NCBI GenBank assembly: GCA_049669725.1
Contig: JBATKU010000672.1
Location: 9,286-73,285 of the forward strand
Length of the DNA stretch: 64,000 nucleotides
Direction: 5' to 3'
From: Desulfobacterales bacterium
Lineage (GTDB): Bacteria > Desulfobacterota > Desulfobacteria > Desulfobacterales > JAFDCJ01
Positions 56,331-64,000 of the stretch are shown here, in pieces. Position numbers and translations under genes: made by a program. The notes below the pieces were generated by a model. That model was not told the origin of the DNA. It searched no databases and saw only the letters and a program-made list of their open reading frames with translations. The stretch's first letter is position 1. Each line of letters begins with the position of its first letter.

Positions 56331-56936
56331 TTACGGCCGCATCGCTTTATAAAATCTATCCGCCATAATTTTGTATCCGGCATCATTGGGATGAATCGGA
56401 TCGCTCATTAATTTGCGGTCTCCCATGATGCCTTCAAGGATGTTGGGAATCAGAATAGCGCCGGTCTGATCGGCCAATTTTTGATATCCCCTTCCAAAAC
56501 CGCGGTCTCTTAATGGAATATGCAGTCCGCCGATAATAACATGGACTCCCTGCTTCTGAATCGATTCGACTATTTTCCTTAAATTTTCAAAGGCAACTTC
56601 TTTGGCTATGCCGTTTTTCAAATCATTGCCGCCCAGGGTGATTAGCACGATATCTGGTGAGTATGGTAAGACATCCCGCTCGATCCGCTGCAGCGCGCGG
56701 GCCGTTGTATCACCGGGCACGCCGGCATTAATCACCGGTCTGGAAATCATCTTCGACAACTGCGACGGATAGTCCTGTCCGCTGGATGCCCCGGTCCCGA
56801 AAGTCAGACTGTCACCAAAACAGACTATCCTTTCGCCGGCGAAACCATTGCTGAAGTCCTGGTGGGTAGACGTCAGAAATTTATACCCCGCCAACAAAAT
56901 TAGAGCCGCCAATATAAAATAGATAAACTTTTTCAT
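56331..56936 (-). CDS. SGNH/GDSL-family esterase (TesA/arylesterase-like), secreted
   Basis: Signal-peptide-like N-terminus, plus FGDSLTFG, GGNDL and DPIHPN blocks. Confidence 0.85.
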   Translation of the reverse strand: MKKFIYFILAALILLAGYKFLTSTHQDFSNGFAGERIVCFGDSLTFGTGASSGQDYPSQLSKMISRPVINAGVPGDTTARALQRIERDVLPYSPDIVLITLGGNDLKNGIAKEVAFENLRKIVESIQKQGVHVIIGGLHIPLRDRGFGRGYQKLADQTGAILIPNILEGIMGDRKLMSDPIHPNDAGYKIMADRFYKAMRP

Positions 56937-57131
56937 AAGATTGCAAACGCCTGCAATTTATCGCGGCTGGAAGCCGCTCCCACATGATTTATCAGAAAAT
57001 AATGAACTACCCCGCAGCAAGCAACGAGGTATCGATCGGAATATTTTTTAACGCCCCAAAGGGCGGGGAATTAAGCCGACGTCCGCCGATGGTGGAGATC
57101 TTCTATCCCCGTGACCAACCGGGACGATTCT

Positions 57132-58064
57132 TTATATACTGCGTCGGAGCGGATATACCGGCGGCTCCTCTCTGGTTTTCCAGTGCACAACCAAAATTCC
57201 GGCTACGATGAAAACCAGAGCCAGCAGGATCTTGAAAGTAATCGGCTCATCTAAAACCAGACCCCCCAGGGCAACCCCGGCAATCGGCATAATAAACACG
57301 AAGGCATGCAGGGATACCGCCCCGTATTTCTTGAGCAAAGTGTTCCAGGCCACAAACCCGAAAGAGGCGGTCACCAGACTCTGGTAGAGCAATGCGCCGA
57401 TGACCGGTGCATCCAGATGAAACACCATGGCATCGTCCCACAGCAGGGCTTCGATAAGAAAGAAGGGCACTGAAAACAAGGTTGAATACATCACCAATTG
57501 AAAAGGGCTGAAGGTGCCGATGACCCGTTTTAAATAAACAGTGGAACAGGACCAGATAAAAACCGCCAGCAGGATAATAAGATCACCGGTCCGAAACCCA
57601 CTGCTAAGGCTTTCCTCATCTAAAAACATGAACACCACTCCGGCAAAGCCTAGAAGGATTCCAAAAAATTTCTGTTTGGTGATTCGATCCCCCGCAATAA
57701 AGAAATGCGCCAGAAATAAAATAAAGAATGGAAGCAGATTCGCCAGCAAGGTTCCACGGGAGGCATTGGATTTGCTGAGTCCCAGGTAAAATAATGACAG
57801 CTGAACCGTAAACAGCGAAGAAAAAATCAACACCTGGTGCAGTTGTCCTTTTTTTAAAGCGGTGTTCTGTCCGGTGATTTTGGCCCAGAGGAAAATGGCA
57901 ACGGCCGCAACACCGAATCGAATGGCGGCTGTGGTAAAAACACCCAGTCCTGAGAAGGTTATTTTTATCGCGACCGCATTAGACCCGAAAAGAATGCACA
58001 GAAATACTGCAAACACCCCAGCGGCAAATGTGAGGTCTTCATTCGGCGGTTGATGTTCAGACAT
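57132..58064 (-). CDS. DMT-superfamily (EamA-like) transporter
   Basis: Ten hydrophobic segments in a duplicated EamA layout. Probable start is ATG 58064 (MSEHQPP..). Confidence 0.8.
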   Translation of the reverse strand: MSEHQPPNEDLTFAAGVFAVFLCILFGSNAVAIKITFSGLGVFTTAAIRFGVAAVAIFLWAKITGQNTALKKGQLHQVLIFSSLFTVQLSLFYLGLSKSNASRGTLLANLLPFFILFLAHFFIAGDRITKQKFFGILLGFAGVVFMFLDEESLSSGFRTGDLIILLAVFIWSCSTVYLKRVIGTFSPFQLVMYSTLFSVPFFLIEALLWDDAMVFHLDAPVIGALLYQSLVTASFGFVAWNTLLKKYGAVSLHAFVFIMPIAGVALGGLVLDEPITFKILLALVFIVAGILVVHWKTREEPPVYPLRRSI

Positions 58065-58243
58065 TGTGATGCAATCTCCGGGAACTGCATTATAGGTCCT
58101 AAAAGAGTTGTAGTATTTACACCACGCAGAGTGGCTTGGCAAGGAGATAAGGTCAGTTATAAACCGATAGAAAAATTACTTGATTGGATAGAATGAAAAC
58201 TTTGACAAAAAAATACAATTATGAAAAGGTGCGGGACTGTAAA

Positions 58244-58287
58244 AATGAACATCGAACATTGAACGTCCAACATCGAATGCTGAACGG
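58244..58287. repeat. Solo heptamer array (NNNGAAC units), no obvious partner arm
   Basis: AATGAAC ATCGAAC ATTGAAC GTCCAAC ATCGAAT GCTGAAC. It shares the 17-mer GAACGTCCAACATCGAA with 31880-31896. Confidence 0.65.
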
Positions 58288-58328
58288 AAAAAATAAGACA
58301 AAATCGATAGCACAGGAGACTTTACCCC

Positions 58329-59783
58329 ATGGATCTGAATGTAAAAAGATTCAATTCAACCCCGCTGGAGTACCTGTCCGAAGAACAGATGCGTGACATT
58401 CACTCAGCTGCCCTTGATATCCTGGAAGATTGCGGAACGATTATTCATCACGAAAAGTCCATAGACCTATTGCACAGAGCCGGCGCCTATGTGAAGGACG
58501 ACAAGCACGTGTTCATCCCCAGCGGCCTGGTGGAGTCAGCCATCCGTTCGGCTCCCCCAAGGGTCACCATTTATGACAGAACCGGCCGGCCGGCCATGTT
58601 TCTGGAGGGACGCAACGTTTATTACGGTACCGGTTCCGACTGTCCCTATCTGCTGGACAGCCTTACCGGGGAGCGCAGGGAATTTCTGTCCGCAGATGTT
58701 GAAGATGCCGTCAGACTGGTGGATGCTTTGCCGAACATTGACTTTACCATGTCAAACGGGCTGGCGCCTGATTTTCCAGCTGAACTGCAATACCAGTACA
58801 AATATGCCCTCATGATTCGCAACTCAATTAAACCCCAGGTGATTACAGCCGCCGACAAAACATCCTTAAACGATATCGCGGATATGGCGGCCGCTGTAGT
58901 TGGCGGGCGCCAAGAACTCAGCCGCAAACCCATCTTCGTATTGTATGACGAACCGACCTCACCCCTGGTGCATATCAGTGAAGCCATGGAAAAGCTGATG
59001 TTTATGGCGGAGCATAATCTGCCCACCAACTATTCTCCGGGAATCATGGCGGGTGGCACAAGCCCGGTCACCATGGCCGGCGCCATTGCCCAGGCCGACG
59101 CCGAAATTTTGGCCGGGCTCGTCATTCACCAGTTGACCAATGCGGGGGCCCCTTTTATTTTTGGTGCCGGCATGTCTCCCATGGACATGCAGAGCATGCA
59201 GCCCACCTATTCAGCTCCTGAAGCCATGATGACCCAGGCGGGGCTGTGTCAAATCGGCCGCTGTCTTTATGAACTCCCGACCTGGGGGTTTGGCGGCTGC
59301 AGCGCCGCTAAGCTGGCCGATGAGCAGGCGGTCAATGAAGCAGCCACCTACATCATGATGGCCGGATGGGCAGGTACCAATCTCGTGCATGATGTCGGTT
59401 ATCTGGAATTCGGGCTCACTTATTCCTTCGACCTGCTGGTGATGTGTAACGAATTTATCGGCCAGGTCAGGCGTATGATGGGGGGCATCCCGGTTGACAG
59501 GGAAAACCTGGCAGTTGAAAGCATCAAACGCGTCGGGCCAGGTGGGCATTTTCTCAGTGATGACCACACCCTGGATCATTTCCGTGAAAACTGGCAGCCT
59601 GATTTAACCGACAGAAGGACATATGAAGACTGGCAAAGCAGGGGCGCTAAAAGTATGGGACAGCTGGCCAAAGAAAAAATCAAGAAAATTAAGGCAAGCC
59701 ATCAAACGGAACCGCTCCCGCCGGAAATTGATGCGGAAATCGAAAGAGTGCTCGAACACGCAAGGAGTCGGTTAACCGGTTAG
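58329..59783 (+). CDS. MttB-superfamily (trimethylamine methyltransferase-like) protein, non-pyrrolysine type
   Basis: 484 aa and MttB-like throughout (..YGTGSDCPY.., ..GAGMSPMDM.., ..GPGGHFL..). There is no in-frame TAG. AGGAG lies 10 nt upstream. Confidence 0.75.
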   Translation: MDLNVKRFNSTPLEYLSEEQMRDIHSAALDILEDCGTIIHHEKSIDLLHRAGAYVKDDKHVFIPSGLVESAIRSAPPRVTIYDRTGRPAMFLEGRNVYYGTGSDCPYLLDSLTGERREFLSADVEDAVRLVDALPNIDFTMSNGLAPDFPAELQYQYKYALMIRNSIKPQVITAADKTSLNDIADMAAAVVGGRQELSRKPIFVLYDEPTSPLVHISEAMEKLMFMAEHNLPTNYSPGIMAGGTSPVTMAGAIAQADAEILAGLVIHQLTNAGAPFIFGAGMSPMDMQSMQPTYSAPEAMMTQAGLCQIGRCLYELPTWGFGGCSAAKLADEQAVNEAATYIMMAGWAGTNLVHDVGYLEFGLTYSFDLLVMCNEFIGQVRRMMGGIPVDRENLAVESIKRVGPGGHFLSDDHTLDHFRENWQPDLTDRRTYEDWQSRGAKSMGQLAKEKIKKIKASHQTEPLPPEIDAEIERVLEHARSRLTG

Positions 59784-59907
59784 TATCGCGAAAGAATCTG
59801 TATTTAAATTCAAAAAAGCGTTTAATCTCTGCCTGTCATGCCGGACTTGATCCGGCACCCAGTAGCTATTCTTTGAAGCACTAAAGTTTGTAGATGGAGG
59901 ATTTACT

Positions 59908-61149
59908 ATGAATGATCACAAACCGTTTTTTATGCGCGATCCATGGATATATGACCCCGCAGCACGGCGGTCGAAGCGTGCCGATGGTGATATGGGCTTT
60001 GACACCCGGGCGTTGCATGCCGGGTTTCATCCCCTGCAGGATCTGGAACCGTACCGGTCATTTGTACCGCCGATCACTCAATCCATGACATTTCCCTATA
60101 AGACATTTGACGACATACCATGCCCTGTTTACGGCCGGACCCGCACCCCGACCAACACCCTGCTGGAAGAGCGTCTGGCATCGCTGGAGGGCGGCGAGGC
60201 CTGCATTACGGCCGGATCGGGATCCCAGGCCTTGTTCAATCTCATTTTCACCATAGCGCGGCCGGGCGATAATGTGGTCACCTCCCTGAATGTCTTCGGA
60301 GAGGGCTATAAACAGGCCGCCACCATATTTCCGGAACGATGTCAGGTAGAATTTCGATTTGTGCAGGATCCGGGCAATCCCGACTCCTGGGATTCACTGA
60401 TTGATCAGAACACCAAATTGATCTGGGTGGAGACCCCCAGCAATCCCTGTCTTTTTATCACCAACATTGCTGCGGTTGCAGATGTGGCCCATTCCCGCAG
60501 CGTCCCACTAATGGTGGACAACACCACAGCCACCGCCGCACTGCAGACCCCCATGGACATGGGGGCGGATATAATTCTGCTTTCCATCACCAAGTTTTTG
60601 GCCGGCAACGCCACGGTCATCGGAGGCGCCGTTGTCGGGCCGGAAAACCTGGTGGAAGACATCCGCTGGAATACCACTGAATTTTTGGGTTCGGTTATCC
60701 CTCCGCTGGAGGCCTGGATGACCTTGCAGTATTTAGAAACACTTTCCATGCGGATGCAGCGACACAGTTCGAACGCCCAGGCCATCGCCGAGTATTTGGC
60801 ATCCCATCCCGGGGTAACCCGCGTCAATTATTCCGGACTGCCGGATCACCCCCAGCATGAGTTGGCAAAGCAACAGATGAAAACCCACGGCGGCCTGTTA
60901 TCATTTGTGGTGCAAAATGGCATGGCAGGAGCGGCTGCAGTAATGAATGCCTTTAAGCTGGTTGTACATGCCGTCACTTTCGGAACCAGCAAAACCATCT
61001 GCATGCACCCGGCAACCATCACCCACGAGCACATGACACCCCGGGAGCGCACCGAAGCAGGCATCGATGACGGGCTGATCCGATTTTCGGTGGGCCTTGA
61101 GAATCCGGAAGACATCATTGCGGATTTGGACCAGGCATTATCAAAATAG
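59908..61149 (+). CDS. Cys/Met-metabolism PLP-dependent enzyme family (gamma-lyase/sulfhydrylase-like)
   Basis: ..VDNTTATAALQTPMDMGADIILLSITKFLAG.. contains the PLP-Lys block, and ..FSVGLENPEDIIADLDQAL.. is the typical C-terminus. Confidence 0.8.
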   Translation: MNDHKPFFMRDPWIYDPAARRSKRADGDMGFDTRALHAGFHPLQDLEPYRSFVPPITQSMTFPYKTFDDIPCPVYGRTRTPTNTLLEERLASLEGGEACITAGSGSQALFNLIFTIARPGDNVVTSLNVFGEGYKQAATIFPERCQVEFRFVQDPGNPDSWDSLIDQNTKLIWVETPSNPCLFITNIAAVADVAHSRSVPLMVDNTTATAALQTPMDMGADIILLSITKFLAGNATVIGGAVVGPENLVEDIRWNTTEFLGSVIPPLEAWMTLQYLETLSMRMQRHSSNAQAIAEYLASHPGVTRVNYSGLPDHPQHELAKQQMKTHGGLLSFVVQNGMAGAAAVMNAFKLVVHAVTFGTSKTICMHPATITHEHMTPRERTEAGIDDGLIRFSVGLENPEDIIADLDQALSK

Positions 61150-61225
61150 CTGATAGCTCGTGGCTGATAGCTGATAGTCTAAAAGATTGAAATCCATTTG
61201 ACTATGAGCTATAGGACATGAGCTC
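61149..61225. repeat. Heptamer-array hairpin (GCTGATA units) starting at the stop codon
   Basis: GCTGATA GCTCGTG GCTGATA GCTGATA faces CTATGAGCTATAGGACATGAGCTC. Same family as 23776-23852. Confidence 0.75.
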
Positions 61226-61298
61226 TTGACTATTTTACTCACGAACCAAATCTGGATTTAAACAGATTATAGCAGGCTCATTTAATGGAGGACTTAAG

Positions 61299-62603
61299 GT
61301 GAAAAAAAGGTATGACGCTATCATTATCGGGGCCGGGGTTATCGGTGCCGCCATCGCTTTCGAGTTGGCCAAAAAAGGCTACAAAACCCTTAATGTCGAC
61401 AAACTGCCATCGGCCGGCTACGGATCTACCTCCGGCTCATGTGCCGTCATCCGCTTCCATTACTCCACTCCCGACGGCGTGGCCACGGCCCGGGAAGGGT
61501 ATTATTACTGGATCAACTGGCCCGAATATCTGCGGGCCGAAGACGAACTCGGCCTGGTAAATTTCATTAATACCGGCTGTCTGGTGTTTAAAACCGAACT
61601 CAATCAGTACCTAAAAAATGTCATGAACAGTCTTACAGACCTCGACATTGATTATGAGGAACTGGATATCGCAGAAATTAAAGCACGCTATCCCTTTCTG
61701 GATACCCGCAAGTATTTTCCGGTAAAATTGCCCGACGACCCCGGGTTTGCAGAGGCCACCGGTGATGCTGTAGCAGGGGCCATATTTATCCCCGAGTCGG
61801 GCTATATCTCCGATCCCCAGCTTTCCACCCACAACCTTCAGCGGGCGGCAGAGGCCAGGGGCGGCCGGTTTCTTTTCAATGCCGAGGTGGTTGATATTCA
61901 TAAGGAAAACAACCGGGTGGCCGGTGTTGCACTGAAGGACGGCACCCGGATCGATGCCCCTATTGTCGTTAATGTCGCCGGTCCGCACTCCTATATTATC
62001 AACCGCCTGGCCGGTGTGGAAGAAGGCATGAATATCAAGACCCGGGCTCTGCGCCAGGAAGTCTGCCATATTCCGCCACCCGATGGCATGGACTACCAGA
62101 AAGAGGGGGTGATGATTTCCGACAGTGATATCGGGTGCTATTCCAGACCCGAGACGGGCAACCATATACTGGTGGGTTCGGAAGATCCGGAATGCGATGA
62201 GCGCGAATGGGTGGATCCGGACAACTATGACAGAAATTTTTCCAAACAGTGGACAGCCCAGGTTTTGCGGGAAGCGCAACGCATTAAGGGACTGCGTGTG
62301 CCGAATCAAATGCAGGGAGTGGTAGATCTTTACGACGTTTCAGATGACTGGATCCCTATCTACGACAAATCGGATCTGGCCGGTTTTTATATGGCTGTCG
62401 GCACTTCCGGCAACCAGTATAAAAATGCCCCCGTGGCGGGGGCGATGATGGCTGAACTGATAGATAAAGTGGAGGCCGGACACGACCATGACGGCAACCC
62501 GGTACAATTCTTTATGAAATACACCGGGCGAACCTTTAATATGGGTTTTTATTCCCGCCTGCGAGAAATTAATCCGGCCAGCAGTTTTTCGGTGGTCGGC
62601 TGA
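61299..62603 (+). CDS. FAD-dependent oxidoreductase (DAO family; sarcosine/dimethylglycine-oxidase-like)
   Basis: YDAIIIGAGVIGAAIAFELAKKG dinucleotide fold. GTG start after GGAGGA. 434 aa. Confidence 0.75.
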   Translation: MKKRYDAIIIGAGVIGAAIAFELAKKGYKTLNVDKLPSAGYGSTSGSCAVIRFHYSTPDGVATAREGYYYWINWPEYLRAEDELGLVNFINTGCLVFKTELNQYLKNVMNSLTDLDIDYEELDIAEIKARYPFLDTRKYFPVKLPDDPGFAEATGDAVAGAIFIPESGYISDPQLSTHNLQRAAEARGGRFLFNAEVVDIHKENNRVAGVALKDGTRIDAPIVVNVAGPHSYIINRLAGVEEGMNIKTRALRQEVCHIPPPDGMDYQKEGVMISDSDIGCYSRPETGNHILVGSEDPECDEREWVDPDNYDRNFSKQWTAQVLREAQRIKGLRVPNQMQGVVDLYDVSDDWIPIYDKSDLAGFYMAVGTSGNQYKNAPVAGAMMAELIDKVEAGHDHDGNPVQFFMKYTGRTFNMGFYSRLREINPASSFSVVG

Positions 62604-62631
62604 CCGGCTCACAGGCAAGGTGATTCGCCCC

Positions 62632-62790
62632 AATTGGAATTGTGGAATACCGAAATTTTGGAATATGGGTCTTGGGGAAACGCAACATCAGGTAAATGGC
62701 AAAACTCGTCTTGAAGAATGATTTTATAATGAATGATATCCCTTGAATACCCATTATTCCATCGTTCCACTATTCCATTATTCCATGAAT
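62632..62790. repeat. Octamer-array hairpin element, copy 2 (paralogue of 23078-23240)
   Basis: CCAATTGG AATTGTGG AATACCGA AATTTTGG faces GAATACCC ATTATTCC ATCGTTCC ACTATTCC ATTATTCC. Confidence 0.8.
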
Positions 62791-62860
62791 GGGTTTAAAA
62801 CTCAGGCCTCAAAAATTCTCCTATATTTTCATTAAGTAATAAAAATTACGAGATGTTTAA

Positions 62861-64000
62861 CTAGGCTACGGCAATCTTTTTGGCCGCTGCGGCTGCGGCA
62901 TCAATTCCGTTGCCGTCCAGCTCCTTTAACACCGCATCCAGCCCGGCACCTAGATCCGTCTTAATTCCTTGAACCGCCAGGGCCCGGCTGATGGCAGGTA
63001 TAAAAAACATAACGTTGTCGGCCGAAGAAGAATAGCCCATCAAACCCACACGCCAGACCTTGCCGGCCAGACGTCCGAACCCGCCGCCGATATCCAGCTT
63101 GAATTTGTCCAGCAGGTAGCGCCTTAGTTTCAAATCGTCCACCCCATCGGGTATCACAACCGTATTCAGGGTCGGCAGGCGGTATTCCGGCTCGACCAGC
63201 ATCTTGAGACCCAGGGCCTCAATGCCCGCCACCAGGGCCTTGTGGTTCTTTAAATGGCGTGTAAACCGCACGTGCAGGCCTTCCTCGTGGATTAGCAGCA
63301 GCGCTTCCAGCAATGCATAATTGAGCGTGCTAGAACTGGTGTGATGGTAGACCCGCTCATCACCCCAGTATTTCTCAATCAGCGATAGATCCAGGTACCA
63401 GCTGCGCACGGCAGTTTTGCGATTCTTAACCACTTCAACGGCCCGATCACTAAAAGTGATGGGTGCCAAACCGGGCGGGCATCCGATACATTTCTGCGAA
63501 CAGCTGAAACAGACATCGACCCCCCATTTGTCCACCTTTATTTCGATCCCGCCCAGAGATGAAACCGTGTCCAGAAGAAGCATGGTACCGTATTCCCTGG
63601 CCAGCCGGGCGATGTCGTCCATGGGCTGGAGAACACCGGTCGATGTTTCGGCATGGACGACCGTTACTAATTTGTACGACTTCTGTTTCAGTTCCGCTTC
63701 CACCCGCTGCGGATCGGTGGGCTTTCCCCATTCCTCTTCAAGAACCGTAATGTCAGCCTCCTGGCGTTCGGCCATCTGGCGGACGCGATCCCCGAAATAA
63801 CCATGGGCACAAACCAGCACCCGATCTCCCGGCTCCAGCAGATTGGCGACGGCGGCTTCCATACCCGAACTGCCGGTGCCGGGCATGGCGTTGGTGATGC
63901 CGCCTTTGCGGCCGAAAACCGGCGGCAGCAGCTCACCGATGCGGTCCAAAACCTTGAGATACACAGGGTCCATGTATCCGATAACCGGTGAGGACAGGGC
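62861..64000 (-). CDS. Class-V aminotransferase (alanine-glyoxylate/serine-pyruvate type), 5' end beyond the window
   Basis: ..GTGSSGMEAAVANLLEPGDRVLV.., ..VHAETSTGV.. and ..SCSQKCIGCPPGL.. (PLP-Lys). The frame stays open to position 64000. Confidence 0.85.
   Translation of the reverse strand, partial: ALSSPVIGYMDPVYLKVLDRIGELLPPVFGRKGGITNAMPGTGSSGMEAAVANLLEPGDRVLVCAHGYFGDRVRQMAERQEADITVLEEEWGKPTDPQRVEAELKQKSYKLVTVVHAETSTGVLQPMDDIARLAREYGTMLLLDTVSSLGGIEIKVDKWGVDVCFSCSQKCIGCPPGLAPITFSDRAVEVVKNRKTAVRSWYLDLSLIEKYWGDERVYHHTSSSTLNYALLEALLLIHEEGLHVRFTRHLKNHKALVAGIEALGLKMLVEPEYRLPTLNTVVIPDGVDDLKLRRYLLDKFKLDIGGGFGRLAGKVWRVGLMGYSSSADNVMFFIPAISRALAVQGIKTDLGAGLDAVLKELDGNGIDAAAAAAKKIAVA

Noticed and set aside
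56984-57131. 75-aa ORF and the GC-rich hairpin CGCCCCAAAGGGCGGGG between the esterase and DMT genes.
   Set aside because: The ORF has no RBS and a repeat-like sequence (..YPAASNEVS..), and it overlaps the DMT gene's 3' end. It is most likely a short REP-like palindrome serving as a terminator region, and I could not support more.
58329-59783. Pyrrolysine (in-frame TAG) recoding in the MttB homologue.
   Set aside because: The ORF is uninterrupted over its full MttB-like length, and no pylTSBCD genes are in the window.
59784-59907. Possible riboswitch (for example SAM) upstream of the PLP Cys/Met-family gene.
   Set aside because: Only a simple hairpin, TGCCGGA-CTTGA-TCCGGCA, is visible. None of the conserved riboswitch cores I know are present, and 124 nt is too short for most classes.
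61-62790. CRISPR interpretation of the periodic repeats.
   Set aside because: The units are 7-10 nt and directly abutting, with no spacers. The arrays come as inverted pairs, and there are no cas genes in the window.

Overview
This 64-kb chromosomal window looks like a Desulfobacterota (Desulfobacterales-like) genome. That placement is inferred from gene content and repeat style, since no search was possible. All protein calls come from motifs read by eye in the supplied ORF translations. Positions 1-24.7 kb are a conserved housekeeping block: SDR, two YkgJ-type Cys-cluster proteins, a dGTPase-like HD protein, a deaminase, infC-rpmI-rplT-pheS-pheT, a MerR regulator, tRNA-Gly(CCC), rimP-nusA-infB-DUF503-rbfA-nrnA-truB, rpsO-pnp, an M16 peptidase, dut and an MBL hydrolase. 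Positions 24.7-64 kb are accessory or metabolic. They hold an RRM RNA-binding protein and a small Hsp20/J-domain locus, then a sigma-54-driven mini-gene, lysine 6-aminotransferase, an acyl-ACP thioesterase, a SpoT-like HD protein and PepD. Next come a GlpA-core flavoprotein with an SdhB-type Fe-S subunit, and a cNMP/CBS/DUF294 nucleotidyltransferase coupled to a DEDDh exonuclease. The last third holds a four-gene ACP-centred cassette (GNAT-like, ACP, FkbH-like HAD-IIIC, MaoC-SDR), an AT-rich block (ICMT-like methyltransferase, hybrid sensor kinase, AAA ATPase), and a non-Pyl MttB-family methyltransferase cluster with a PLP enzyme, an FAD oxidoreductase and a class-V aminotransferase. The most unusual signal is not a gene. 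At least 16 intergenic gaps, plus one unpaired solo arm, hold long imperfect hairpins whose arms are tandem arrays of 7-nt units (some families 8-10 nt). Six unit families each occur at two loci in the window. One instance (34970-35440) encloses a roughly 300-nt core closed by a 27-bp near-perfect long-range stem. No CRISPR array, rRNA, intact transposase or recognisable defence system was seen.
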